From positions 62,001-126,000 of the forward strand of contig JAKMXF010000323.1 in NCBI GenBank assembly GCA_024704765.1: a stretch of 64,000 nucleotides of DNA, read 5' to 3'. The stretch comes from Oopsacas minuta. Lineage: Eukaryota; Animalia; Porifera. Below, piece by piece: positions 26,057 through 39,219 of this stretch; the stretch's first letter is position 1; every line of letters starts with the position of its first letter. The notes beneath the pieces are model-generated. The model was given only the letters and a program-made list of their open reading frames with translations. It did no database searches and was not told the DNA's origin. Position numbers and translations under genes: made by a program.

Positions 26057-28240
26057 TAAATGGCTCCATTTTCTTTCATCATATCCATACCAAATATGGG
26101 ATAAGGGAACTAAGAGCGAATCTCATGGTGCAAATCTAGCAGTTTCCCATTCCTGGAAGATATACCTATGCCATAGCTTGCTGACGGTTCTCAAGTTCTC
26201 CATCAGCTGTTCGGTCAAGAACATAGATTTGGGCAGAGGATGGCACTTCGACCTCTCTCGGAATGAGTCGATCGATGTTATGGTGGAGAAGTCCTTGAAT
26301 TAAGAAAGCGTAAACTCTACCCATATCGTTAGATAAATTTAGTCAAGGTTCACAACCATTGGCGCAATACAAGAGCCAAGTTTTAAGCTCTTATATGTAG
26401 TCCGTACTCTTTTCCTTGACTGTCATCAACAGTCAGTAGATGTTCAGGCATCTCAGGTAGTTGAGCTAAAGAGAAAGAATAAAATTTCCCTGTTAATTAC
26501 AGAGGGAATTAAAAGCACTATTTAGTGCTAATGTAGTTTCTCGTTCTAGCTAAATTTGGCCACACAGTGCGAACAGGAATAACATAAGATGTGAAGAATG
26601 AGCAGAACTAAGACATAAATTTTAGTTGTACCTTTTGATTCTGCTTGATAGCTCAAACGGCAATGTGTTTCTCAATCCTTTCTTTTGTTCTGAGCTACTT
26701 TGTAATCTAATTGGCGTTCACAGAACGCCCTCTGGATCTGAAATACTGTGTTTTGACATCCCGGTTGTGGATTGATACCTACGATGCGGTTGATTGCGCT
26801 CTCTTTATCTAAACAGGCCAGGTATTTGTGAAGCTGTATTCAAACTTTATTCTCTAACTTCATAGGATTTATTGAGCCGGTAACTCCATGGTTTTGACGT
26901 ACAATATTCAGACCAGTGTTAATTATTTGGCATTGTGTTATTCAAGGATGTAAATTTAACCAAATGAGTTTGTGAAATTAAGATATTCAGTTATAATTAT
27001 TTTTAAAACTAGGTTTTCAATAGATATAACTCCAAAGTGTATGAAAGGTATTAACGAATAAACGTGAAAATTATATGAGCCACTTCATAAACTCAAATGT
27101 ACAGAGTTAAAAATTTTACCCAATGCCAAATATATAATACAAGCAAGCTTCGCTTTCTTGCGCTGCGGGCCTGGTGAATACTTGGTGTCCTCAGGTGGCA
27201 CCCTTCGGGTGCATTTCCATTCTTATTGATTTATGAGCGCGTTTAAAGCGTTACGTAACCCAACTCCATAAATATTGACACCTCCTCGATGTGTCACGCT
27301 TTCACCGATTTATTATTCTAGAAGAATGGGGCTGTCACAATTTACATACTACCCCATAGCGTTACGGCACATTTAAACAAGCCCTATTATACATATTATA
27401 AATATGGAATATATCAAGTACATGTATAAAACATTAAAACAACACTAAGTAGAAATTCTATTGGCCAAATCAATCAATCATCAATTTTATTTTATAAATT
27501 TATATTTGATGAAAGCGGAAAATATTTATCTGTATTCTACGTTTTCATTTGGCAATTTCGCTATTTTCCCGAATTACTCGTTAAAATCTATTTAGAATGC
27601 TTATATGTTTATTCCAGTAACATTCCATTTAATGTCCGTGAAATAATTCAGAAAAAGATTTAATTTTCTATGTATTTATGCATCATGAAAATAATAGTAG
27701 ATAAATTAAATTTGGTAATTAATACGGAAAATAATCATAGTTACATATTTATACCATTGGCATTATAATTAAATTATTATAAAATATATCTATTGAATAT
27801 GTATATATCGTCCACAATATATTATGGATACAAAGGCTAGTTAATTGGAATTTGAAAAAAATTGTGTAATTGGAACTATTGAGTAATTTCTTGCATCCCA
27901 AATAACTAGCTAAGAGCCTAACATATGATAGAGTAATATAAGCACAATTGGTAAAATCCTCGAATCTGACAGGTCCATACATTTTGATACTTATATCAGA
28001 GAGTCTTTGACATATAGTTTAGATCTTAGAACTCCTTCATAGATTTGCCAGATTCCACACACAAGCCAAATTTCAAGCTTGTAGCAGATCAAATTGAGAG
28101 AAACTGATCACATTTTCATAATCAGGATAGTCGATACACCAAAGCGGAATATACATTGTTCTGGTAACTAATTAGTCACATATATTTGTATTAATGTATA
28201 CCTATTTAATCCATCTCATCCAGAATTACTATTCCATATA

Positions 28241-29544
28241 CAGGGTGGCTTTTAAGTTCTGTCCCATGATTTATAAGAACCATTTTCATGCTGGTCTTTG
28301 CTATTTATATACCTTATTAGTTTACCTTATTATACTGTATTTAACATAAATATACAGTTTCAGAGTACAATTGTGGAGAATTTTCAATTTTATTAGTGAT
28401 GGAACGTGAGAGGTCGGCAATTGTAGAACTATTTACAAAAGGACATCCTTCAAGGGAAATTTTGAAGATCCTGAAACTCCCTCTAAACAGAAGGAAAATT
28501 GTATACCGCACTATCAGGCGATACAAGGATACTGGAAAAGTTGAAGATAGGGCGAGATCAGGCCGTCCGTGCTCAGTAACCACCCCCAGCTTAGGGAAAG
28601 TCATCGCCCAGCGAATTTGCCGAAATCCTAGACGTTCCATAAGGAAAATGGCTCTAGATCTGAAAGTATCAAGATGAGCAATGACTAAAATTGTGAAAAG
28701 GGATTTAGGGATGAGTTCATTCAAGCGTAAGAAGGTACACTTCCTTTCTCAATCGGTAAAGGAAAAAGGGTTGCAAGATGCAAAGGTGCGTTGGTCCGGT
28801 ACGCTGTTGAAAATCTAGAAAAAATATTATTTTCAGATGAGAAAATATTCACTATCCAGGAGGTAACCAATGTACAAAATGATCGTATAAATGCATCATC
28901 TCCTTCCAAAGTCGACGAGAAGTTCAGATATGTTAGCCGAATACAGAACCTTAAGTCAGTGATGGTTTGGGCAGGGGTGTCAAAAATGGGCCGGACACCC
29001 TTGGTCTTTCTCCATAAGGGGCAAATATCAATTCAATTAATTATCGAGAAATGGTTTTGGAGCTAGTATTGAAGAATATAGGCCGAGACATGTTCGGAGG
29101 TACTTCATTTGTTTTCCAGCAAGACGGGGCGCCAGCACACACTTCTAATGTTACCCAGTCATGGTTACATGACAATTTTCCTGGTTTTATAACCAAGGAA
29201 GAATGGCCTCCTTACAGTCCTGACCTGAATCCCATGGATTATTCTGTGTGGTCAATTCTCGAGACGAAAGCTTGTGTTAACTCTCACACAAGCATCAAGT
29301 CACTGAAGAGGAAACTTTGCCAAGAGTGGACTAAAATTCCCCAAAAAACCCTCCGTGCTGCTATTGAGGCCTTGCCAGATCGAATTACACGTGTAACACA
29401 AATGAGGGAGGCTATATTGAATAAAATTCGCGAAATATGTTTTGTCTCTGAATCATAAATTAGAGCAATAAATATCATTACCAAGCTATATATAAATTGA
29501 TAAATAATAGTTTTTGCATGGGACGGAACTTAAAAGCCACCCTG
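28241..29544 (+). mobile_element. maT/DD37D Tc1-mariner element
   Basis: Near-perfect TIRs CAGGGTGGCTTTTAAGTTC(T/C)GTCCCATG flanked by TA. LFSDEK, QQDGAPAH and SPDLNPMDY with 37 residues counted between the second and third D. CDS 28396-29458 has stops and frameshifts. Confidence 0.92.
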
Positions 29545-30635
29545 TAAGATCTGGAGTATTTCTACAGAAGGTCATTAAAAATAATTTTGATGCACCATAG
29601 ATACTAAAAAATTTAAATTTTCGCCAGTCGCACAAAGACCTAGAAAGCGACAAGTTATACATCCATTATTTATCGATTGTGTATTTGTTCCGAATTGATT
29701 GACGAAAAGGTGACACTTGTATTTCAGATAATATCATTTCAATTCTAACAGAAAATGAGACTATGGCTTCAGAAATTATAAATTTATACTGTATAACTCA
29801 TTTGACAAGTGAATATAGTTTGCTTCATTCTTACCTTTTGTCTAAGTTAGTTGACCAAGGGTAATCAACAAATTGAAATTTCACAGATGTTAGACAGGTG
29901 GGCTCACTATCGGGCAACGTCAGACTAAAATGTTTTATTCTTCACTAGGCTTTGTCATTTGAATAGTTCTGATAGTGGATATAGTATATACAATGAAGAA
30001 AATTTACTTTTGATAAATCATCGTCATATTTTCTGCTATATAGCGGAAGAGTTGTTACTCCATGAAAATATGACGTCAAAAAACACAATATTCGTTTTGT
30101 GTATGGCACTATGTGGATAGGTACATCGTGAAGTTCCAAATTTCATTGAATGCGATTATCCATATACCTTTGACAAAAAAAAGTCTCAAATTTGGATATC
30201 ATCAGGATATATACATGATATCAATCAATCAATGAAAATATATGATATCGATAGAAATGTGGGTCTGATAAACATTATGAGTAGTTAAGTCTGGGTGAGT
30301 GATATATCAAAGTTTAGGGTACTAAGTAGATGTAGGGAGAGTCAATATCCCTTAAGTTTAAATCTCAGATCACTTAGATGGCTCTGGGTGTCATAAAATC
30401 TACAATCGGTTTGATGGAATACCGAAGTTCAACACCAAAAATGATATTCTTTTTGGATTCAAGGTTACTTCACTAATTGGCTCATCTGGCACTACTGTTT
30501 GGCTAAATGATATCCCAAATTCACAATTTTGTGTACGACCTAAAAGAGTTTAGAGTTATTATTGTTAAGAATAAGAATATTAATCTAAATCGAGTACATT
30601 TCTGCGCGATAATACTCAATAATTACATGATTGGT

Positions 30636-32684
30636 CATAGCATACTAAACATAAGGCCATTTCACTTAGCTAAATCGGCTTGGACTAGGGTAAGATGAAA
30701 GGCGTGTTCTTATATGCCTATGATATAAGTACATATATTTTTGATTAAAACTGATATCGTTGTCAGGATTATCAATAATGTCCTTAAGAATTCTATTGTG
30801 AATGTATGCTATTCGAATTCCCATTTCTAAAATTTTAACATACTTTGCCTATACAATATTAGCTCCTAATTGAATTCTAACATATTATATAAATGTTTGC
30901 GTGTCAATTTTTTGACACGTAAACTTTTATGCTATGGTCACCAGCTTGTATATGCGATGGCCAGTGTTGTGCGTTTGTTCCCACTAGCCCATCCTAAAGC
31001 AACAAATTTACTTCCAATTAGTCGGGTATAAGATTTGTAATATTGAAAAGTGCGGATAAATTATAGATGCGATCGTCTCAGATAACTTTCCTTTGAACGT
31101 AAATCTTTTCAAATAGTTGGGAATAATACAGATCTTTTACCCTGTATCTCTCATCTCAATCGTAGTGGAAGCTCTTTATCTAGATATATACATCATCAAG
31201 CCTATTAGGAATATTTGGGTCGTACATTCTTTTATCCAAACTTTGAAGGTCTTTCCCATTCTACCCACCCAAGAGTACTATATCAAAAGCATCTTTTCAG
31301 GTATTTGCAATTATAATAATAATTCATTTATACTATTTATTCCAATCCTTGTAATTTCGGAATGGACGTTACTATTCAAATTAGATCAATTTTCTGTTAC
31401 AAAACTAGCACCAAAGAAAAGTTACAAATCATACTGACCTTGGTACTCGATATACAGAACGTTAAGCATACACTCCGGAAATTTTATTAGACACATGTAT
31501 CTTCCCTAACTAGACAACAATCGAAAGTTAATATTCAAAGCAATCATACTGGTCACTTTTAACTCTGATTTCTCAAGTCTAGAAGCTTTTCTATGTCAAT
31601 ACTCCTTAGAAGTTCGTTCGTCTCTTTGGAGATTCTCAACCACTAGTGTATGATTATCTCAGGTTAAATTTACATCTCCATTAGTTCTTTAACTAGAGTA
31701 CGGGAGAAACTTACCATTTACACGAGGAATGCTAACTGCTCAGAACTTTTCTAGTTTTATTCATCCAAGCATTGCTCTACTGAAACTTATAGAATATTTG
31801 ACCAGAGAATGTGGATTCATTTATGTATTATCATCTCATATACAAAATGATCCAATTGAACACCATTTTGATAATATAGACAGATGTCGGGATTAAGCTA
31901 CAATGTTTCGGTATGTCAAATAACAGAAAGTGTAAGGATCAAAAACTGTCCAATATTCTCATGTTATATTATAGGAAAGATAATGACCTTAGAGATAAAG
32001 GTTTCTTTATGGAATCTATCAGTACATTTCAATACCACATAACGATAATGATCATGGTCGTACACCTAATTGTGGTGTCAAGATGGATGTTAATCACTTT
32101 AACATGTATTCTCCCTCTTTGAAGATTTTTACCAGATTGTGATACAAAAAAAGCTCTAGCTATTATCTGAGGATATGCAGCTCTTTCTTTGACAAGGAAA
32201 TACAATAAAACCTCATAATTGTGTCCAGAATGTTACTCTATACAATTTTTCGCTGATTCATCTCCTAGATCATGGCGGACATGAATGGCCATCTAATCAA
32301 GTTCATAATTCATTCTTACGATCTGGTAGGTGTTTACAAATTGAGCGTTCGCCAGTTCTCAAATACTTTCTCGATCTGATCCAAAAACAAGATTTGAGTG
32401 CAACTAACTCTTCGTAAGGTTGATCGTGAGGAGTTTGAAGGATTATGAGTGTTTCGATTGTTACACTGAAGGAAAGCCATATTCCAGGCTCTTGATAACA
32501 GTAGCCAATTGTTTACCTAACAATAAGGCCAAGAATCTAAATATTCCCGCAACCTGATCCAAGGAAATATCTCAAAGTATCTTCTAAATAATTTAATTGT
32601 ATTCATAAAGGTATAAAATTATGTGTCATATAGCATACTTGTGTTTGTACTGGGAAACAATGGCCCTGAGTTTAGTAGGCTATG
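30636..32684 (+). mobile_element. Internally deleted P-superfamily (THAP9-like) transposon
   Basis: TIRs CATAGC(A/C)TACTAAAC....GGCCATT; degenerate 7-bp TSD (gattggt / gatctgt). Coding remnants IVSDN (~31075) and YVLSSHIQNDPIEHHF..YRQMSG (~31820-31890) match the P-transposase QDxxExxFxxxR motif. Confidence 0.72.
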
Positions 32685-32989
32685 GATCTGTGGTTGTCAT
32701 GGAGGTTAGACTCAGCCATTTTCAACTGTTACCTACTGTTATCGTGCATTTTCACCGAAAACGGGAATAGCTTGGAGTTGCTCCAAAAACTGGTAGAACG
32801 CAAACTGCGACAATAACTTACCATATCCAGATGTACGGTGCAGTGCAAGATACTACATGAAATCTTGGTCCACACAAGCTGAGCAGTCGGCGATCCCACA
32901 TCTCTTGACGCTTCCCAAAAGACAAGCTAGGGTTGTTGATTGCGTAAATATATGCTAGTGAATTCGATATGGGGGTCTAGTATAGTTTT

Positions 32990-33590
32990 TAGATAGTTAC
33001 ATGCGATGAGGCTTGGATATATTCTTATGCGTCTGAGAAAGACACAATCTCAGGTTTGGGTGTTTCCAGAAGAGGATACTCCAACAAAGATGGTGAGTGC
33101 ATATACAACTGGGATACAAATAGTTGCCACTTTAGTTTGTAAAAGAGGTCATATAGCAACTGTACTATTGACAGAATAAAGAACAATAACTGCTAAATGC
33201 TATTGTGCAGTTTTTCTTTCAGGAGTCTGTAAAACCTCTGTGAATAGCGTTCTAAGTCAGGACTTAAAGGGTTACAATTGCATCACCAAAATGCAAGCTA
33301 TCACAACGACGGTATCACCCAAGACATCCTTGCCTAGAAACCCATTCAAATGCTTGGCCATCCGCCATATCCTCCTGACCTTGCACCCTGTGACTTCTTT
33401 GTATTCGCAAATGTTAAAGATCTTATGTTTGGTCTCGCTTTTCATCCCCCAGTAAAGTTGTCGACATCTATAAAGAACACCTTGATATCTAAAGCAAATC
33501 ACAGTGGTGCAATATGATTGTAAATTGGTTTGAAAAGATGAAAATATGATACAAGCTAGAGGTGAATACTTTGAGAATATATAAGAATTT
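32990..33590 (+). pseudogene. Mariner transposase 3' fragment; boundaries approximate
   Basis: VWVFPEEDTPTK and HPPYPPDLAPCDFFVF motifs. Confidence 0.75.
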
Positions 33591-34034
33591 TAGTTCAATA
33601 CCTTGTAGACCAGCGGTCGGCAACCTCTGGCCCGCGAAGCGAATTCATCCGGCCCGCGGCGCTTTCCTTAGCATCCATATTGTGAACTCCAATTTGTTCA
33701 TCAATAGGAAGCAAAAAATTTAGAATATTATTTTTCTAAGATAATCCTTGATGGTGAATGCATGGTTCAATACATCGTTCAATGAATAGTGGTGATTATG
33801 CATGCGCAATGTATTTCTTTAGCACCTTACAAGTTACAACCTGTCAATAATATAATTGAATAAATATAATCATTACGTCTTTTCAAGGCTGCTCTTTGTT
33901 CACTTATCATTGTTAGTAAATAGTCCTTGATTTCAAAAGCATTTTAGAAGGTATTTTTTCAATTTTTCACTAACTTCACTTATCTTTAAGTTTAGCATTT
34001 TTCGAGTGATTTTGTTGTTCAGATTTATTTACGT

Positions 34035-34416
34035 ATGGCATCAAATAAGAGAAGAAAAGTAGATCGGGAAAATCGAACATTCAGGGAAAGTTAGACTGAA
34101 CAATACATTTTTATTATGTTTGGAGATAAGCCTTTATGTTTACTGTGTAATGTAACTGTGGCTGTTGTAAAAGAGTGTAATCTAAAGCGACATTACACAA
34201 CAAAGCACTCGGAGAAATTTGATTCAATTATTGGAAAAGAGCGAAAAGTAAAGATTAATTCTCTACGAGGATCCTGTGTAAACAACAAGATATTTTCACA
34301 AAGCAGGATACCGAATCCGCAAACAGTACTTGTGCAAGTTTCGCTATCAGTGAAATCATTGGCAGAAAAATGAAACCGTTTACTGAAGGAGAATTTGTGA
34401 AGAATGTCTTCTAACT
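34035..34416 (+). pseudogene. hAT transposase 5' part (BED-type zinc finger)
   Basis: MASNKRRKVDRENRTF..., CLLC...RHYTTKH, KPFTEGEFVK. The frame resumes after the insertion as ECLL/TAVDFVCPEKK. Confidence 0.85.
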
Positions 34417-34442
34417 CACAGTGGCACACCCCCTGGAAATTG
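34417..34442 (+). repeat. RSS-like 5' end of element A: heptamer + 10-bp spacer + TGGAAATTG
   Basis: CACAGTG (34417-23), GCACACCCCC (34424-33), TGGAAATTG (34434-42). Confidence 0.85.
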
Positions 34443-35295
34443 GTCAAAATTTCAATCCGATATTTAGTAACCATTTAAAGTTCATTGGAAAGAGAAATAT
34501 CCAATTACTTGAAATGTCTAAAATTGTTATGATCCATCATTTAGTTTAGGAACAACTGGAATGTATATAAGCATTACAATTTCTTGCTCAGAAATTATTC
34601 TTGAAAACCACAGATATTCATTTATATCAATGAACTTAAATTCCAGTATCTAAGCAACTAATACATTCCAAAGACTTCATTCCATTGCATTTTCGACTAC
34701 TCTCTTATTATAGTGATTATATAAGCGGAGTTCAAATAATAAATCCTTAAAATAGCTCAAATATTTTGATAAATTTTTCTGTTGGATTTCTGTCGTCACT
34801 CAACTTCGAAGTCTCATAACTTCATCTGTCGCGTTCTGTCAAGTTGTCTCATGAGTTTTATAAGACAGCATTTTTAATTCTCTATAAAATACAACAATTT
34901 CCAGGTTCCCGAAAATTCGCGCAAATATAGTTTCAATCACATGAACTTTTGAATTTATCTAATATTTTTAAAAATTCTCTTTTCAAAATTTATATAAATA
35001 TTATGGTTGCTTAGCGATATAATCAAAACGTGAAGTTATTTACATTTTTATGCTTGTGTTTACAAAATTCAGCCTGTAATTAATATAAATAAATGTTCTC
35101 ATCACGTATTTCTACAAAGATTCCATTAAAAAATCAACACTCTACTGTAAGAAAACGTTTCGTCAAAAGTTCCTTAATTCTTAGATTTCAGAATGTATTT
35201 TATAAGCTTATAAAACAAACATGCATATATATATAATCTTCCTTTTGCCCTGTATTTACAATTTGTTAATAAATAATATATTAATTATCTAGAAA

Positions 35296-36549
35296 ATGAA
35301 CAACCTTCAAGCTTTTCAGTTTTATTGTGAGCATAAATTACTTAGCACCCGTTCAATCGCAGACCAATTTATTTCAACTCATGGTTTTGATCGAGATCAG
35401 CAAAATTTCTTTCGTCTGAAGTTCAATGATATTCAAAAAGAGAGAGCCTCTTTTCATAAATATTCGGACCTTGATACTTGGAATTCCATGTGCTTCTGTC
35501 CTCTGCCAAAGAAGCCAGGTTAAGTGCCTCTTCTTCATTAACCATTAACTTTGAAGAAGACTTTAATCTTTCAAAAAAGAAATCGCTCGCTGACTTAACG
35601 ACCAAAGGTTTGAGAAATCGGCTCTCTTCTCTTAAGTCTCACCTCGAATCAGTCGCTGAAAACGAGCATGTAACTCCAAAGACTCTTGCAACTTATCTCT
35701 TACTACTTTGTTGCAATGAGGAGCAGGACATGAATAGTGCCAATGTTTGTAAAGAGATACTCGAGAAGGGAAACTCATCTCCTATCTACCCACAATTACC
35801 ACTTGATAAATCTGCCTTTCTTTTCGATTCGCTTGAGATCGGTAAAACAAAGTATTTAGAACTTCGGCGTACGTTACTATCTGAAGATCTCAAGTTACCA
35901 GGCTACAATAGTGTAGCTAAACATCGGGCTCAAATTAATTTGCAGGATAAGGTGCGTATAATTCATAGAGAATTTCCATGTGGAGTAGGTATTTCTTACA
36001 CCAGACTACTCACCCATACAGTTGAACGAATTGTATCTAACTTAAGTCCTGATAACCTTGTCTATCCGCTGAAAGTTCGAGTATCCGATGGCTTAGATGG
36101 ATCTGGGTGTCATCGAGTTTACCAGCAAGCTATATCTAACCCTGACCTCTCGACTAAAACCTTCATTCTATTTGGTTTCAAGGTTAACTCAATCATAAAT
36201 GCAAAAGATCATATCCTATGGAAACCTCATCATCCGAATTCGCCATTTTGCACTCGACCAGTTGCCCTCTTAGCCCTACCAGAAAATGAAGAGAGTGTCA
36301 AGTTTTTGATGGACTCATTAAGAAATAACGAAACTTCAACTATCGAAGAGAGTGGTTTGTGTTTACACAACGGAAATGCAGAGGTCAAGATCATTAGATC
36401 TCATTTCGATACAAAGATGGCAAAAATCTTAAGCGGTGCTGGTGGTGCTAATTGTCAAATGTGTACTGCAACGTTCCAACAGATACACGATATTAGCATA
36501 GTTCAAAATGGCTTTCCCATAAATAGGACTATCCGTGATGCACGTGATG
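35296..36549 (+). pseudogene. RAG1L: RAG1-like transposase A, 5' part (one frameshift near 35510)
   Basis: NBD-like KKSLADLTTKGLRNRLSSLKSHLESVAENE; SDGLDGSG (first catalytic D at 36096); PNSPFCTRPV; HFDTKM (second D at 36408); CQMC zinc ligands. Confidence 0.9.
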
Positions 36550-36575
36550 CACAGTGGGCTTTTTGCTGGAAATAG
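36550..36575 (+). repeat. RSS-like 5' end of element B: heptamer + 10-bp spacer + TGGAAATAG
   Basis: CACAGTG (36550-56), GGCTTTTTGC (36557-66), TGGAAATAG (36567-75). Confidence 0.9.
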
Positions 36576-37125
36576 CATGAAATTTTTACCCCCTCAGAAT
36601 TGTATTTCCTTATTATCATTGAATTCACAATCCTTTCAAACCTAGAAATTAGTAATTTCATTCTGATTCAACAAGTAAATTGGTTGTTATGGTGATGAAT
36701 ATTTGCGGCTTCTTGTAATTGGAATTTCTGTTGTGTGGTATATCAAAATCGATCAAGTTTCATAGTTATATCTTTAGCACTTGTAACTAAGAAGAAAGAA
36801 TTCCTTTACAATAATGAAACATTTATATTTCAATTATCTAATTTACATCTTGAAATGTCGTTTGGTTTCTAACTTTCTATTCTAAAACTAGATAAAACGC
36901 GATGACTATTTAGGACATTTTTTTTCGGCGTCCACAGGATATTTTATGCTGAAACTTGTTGTGGCGTTTCGTTGCGTGAACTCTCACTGGTCTTAAAATG
37001 TAGGTTGTAATAATAAATTCAAAAAATATAATAGTTTAGACCCGCCGGAGGGCGCCCAAAGTATCAAGCATTCATTTGAATGGGTGTAACTTTAATGTAA
37101 AATTTCCCTATGAAATATTAGCATT

Positions 37126-39219
37126 ATGAATAACAAGGAAGCTTTTGACTTTCTATCCTCACGTAAATCTGTCAGAGATGCAACAATCGTATTTATGGAT
37201 AGTCAGCAACTTGATGATAAATATTATAGTTGTATCCGATACAAATTCGTTGAGTTGAAGGGTGATAGAGAGATATTTCGTAAAAGAAACGACCTAAATA
37301 CATGGGATGATATGATATTCTTTGACAATTCAACATTGGCAGAGAAGAGGCGGTTATTGTCTGAAGGTGATATTTGTACTCCTAATCAAGTTCATGCAAA
37401 GGCTATCAGGAAACCATTCCTAGAATTAACAATTAAAGGACAAAGGGTACATCTGGGACCTCTTGAAGCCCTGATTAAAAGCTTAGCAGCTAATGAGAAC
37501 GTGGATAGCAAAACGATGGCAGCCATGGCTCTGCAATTTGTCTCATCTTCTTCAGGAGATTACTCCACCAGTTCCTTCTGTCTGGAAATAGTCAGCAAAG
37601 GCACATTTCAAGGCAATATAAAGACACACATCTCAATTGCTAAGTCTACGTTCCTCCTAGGGCAACTGGAAATAGGTAAGTGAAAGTACATTGAATTGAG
37701 GAGACTTTGTAAGTCAGACAATGTACTATTCCCTAAGTATGAGCTAATTTCCCAGTATCGAGCAGATATTACTCTGGAGAAGGAATTCATTTTTATCCGC
37801 AATGTGTCTGATGCGCCTATGGGAGTAGGGACATCTTATATCTCTATCATCAAACAGACAATTTCCCGCCTACTCGAATCACTTCCCACAGATTCTGAAT
37901 TTGAATTCCCGTTGACATTTTCTGCAACAGATGGCTTGGATGGATCTGGATCCCATCAAGTTTATAATCAGATTCAAGAGTCACCAGATATTGGTTCCAA
38001 AAATTTCATTCTCTTTGCTTTCAAACCTCTCGCTATCCACGACAGCGCAAACAAACTTATTTGGGAAAACGAAAGGCCCAACTCACAATTTCAGATTCGC
38101 CCAGTCACTTTACTAGCTGCCAAAGAAAATAGCGAAAATGTACGTCATCTAATGGATACTTATATTAATCCTTAAGTAGCAGACATGGAAGAAAATGGGA
38201 TACTACTCTCGCAAGGACTTGTGAGGATAAAATTGCTCAGGACCATGTTCGATGGAAAAATGGCAGGAATTCTATCTGGAGCCGGTGGTGCTCACTGCCA
38301 ACTCTGTATTCCAACTTTCAAACAACTGCATGATGTCGAACTTATACGAGATGGTTTTCCTATTAATCGTTCAATAACATCGGCTAAAGAACTGTTTCAA
38401 AGCGTGAATGAAGTAGAATTTCTATCTCTAAGTTCCAATGACCGTCTTGGATTGACTCACCAACCTATTTCCGACATCGATATAATTTGCTCTTCTCCAC
38501 TACATTCATATTTGTGCATCTTCAGATGGTTTATGACAGTCGTTTATCATCTGCAATCAGGTGCAAGGAAGTGGTCACCATCATCCTTAGGCATAAAAAA
38601 CTCAATGAAGTTTGTTTCAGGCTTATTGATGGAAAAGACTGGTATGAAGATTGATCAACCCAGCAGTGATGGTGGCACTACATCAACTGGCAATGTTGCT
38701 CGAAATTGTTTCTTGGACAAAAACCAATTTCTTTACTGGGTTTGTTCCTTGATACCAACAGAATACCATGAAAATATAAAGGTCATTCACACTAACCTTT
38801 CAGTATGTTTGCGTATTTACAACAGCGACCGAGAGATAAACACTGAAAGACTGGATATTCTTTGCAAGGACACATACGAATACATTGTAATCAGGTTCCC
38901 TTGGGCAAACATCAGTCCAACCTTGCATAAATTACTAGCCCATTCTTCAGAACTCATTAGAACTTGTAACAATAGCCATGGACTTAAAGTCTTCTCTGAA
39001 GAAGCAGTTGAAGTTTCAAACAAACTCGTCCGAAGGTATCGCGAACACCTTGCCAGAAAAATGTCGTTTTCTCTGAATACTCGAGATATCTTTATACGAC
39101 TGATGTGTAATAGTGATCCTGTCCTCAATATGTATAGAAAATTTACAAAAGCAAGCAAGAAAACCTACTCTTCTGAACCTCCAGACCAAGAAATTCTTTT
39201 CTCACAATTAACTTGCTAA
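37126..39219 (+). pseudogene. RAG1L: RAG1-like transposase B, 697 codons in a single frame with two premature stops
   Basis: ORFs 37126-37683, 37696-38175 and 38185-39219 share one frame, separated by TGA (37681) and TAA (38173). Motifs: TDGLDGSG (D 37939), MFDGKM (D 38251), CQLC, TGNVARNCF, TLHKLLAH, SEEAVEVSNKLVRRYR (E 39010), the last resembling RAG1 HKTLAH...SEGNESGNKLFRRFR. Confidence 0.93.

Noticed and set aside
34443-35295. A RAG2-like gene in the non-coding parts of elements A or B
   Set aside because: No ORF of 60 aa or more in the A leader or tail, and none with kelch/PHD character in either element; the 3' tails are only about 0.3 kb.
35510-35530. An intron (ag|GTTAAG) explaining the frame change in transposase A
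   Set aside because: Alignment with the uninterrupted element B leaves no spare sequence (41 vs 43 residues over the span); a simple frameshift fits better.
37681-38175. Alternative genetic code or stop readthrough in transposase B
   Set aside because: The two stops are different codons opposite unrelated residues, and other elements here are full of random stops; ordinary nonsense mutation is sufficient.
38817-39158. Antisense and overlapping ORFs (e.g. 38817-39158, 35423-35605, 8810-9115, 40692-40952) as real genes
   Set aside because: They are shadows of coding sequence on the other strand and have no recognisable motifs.
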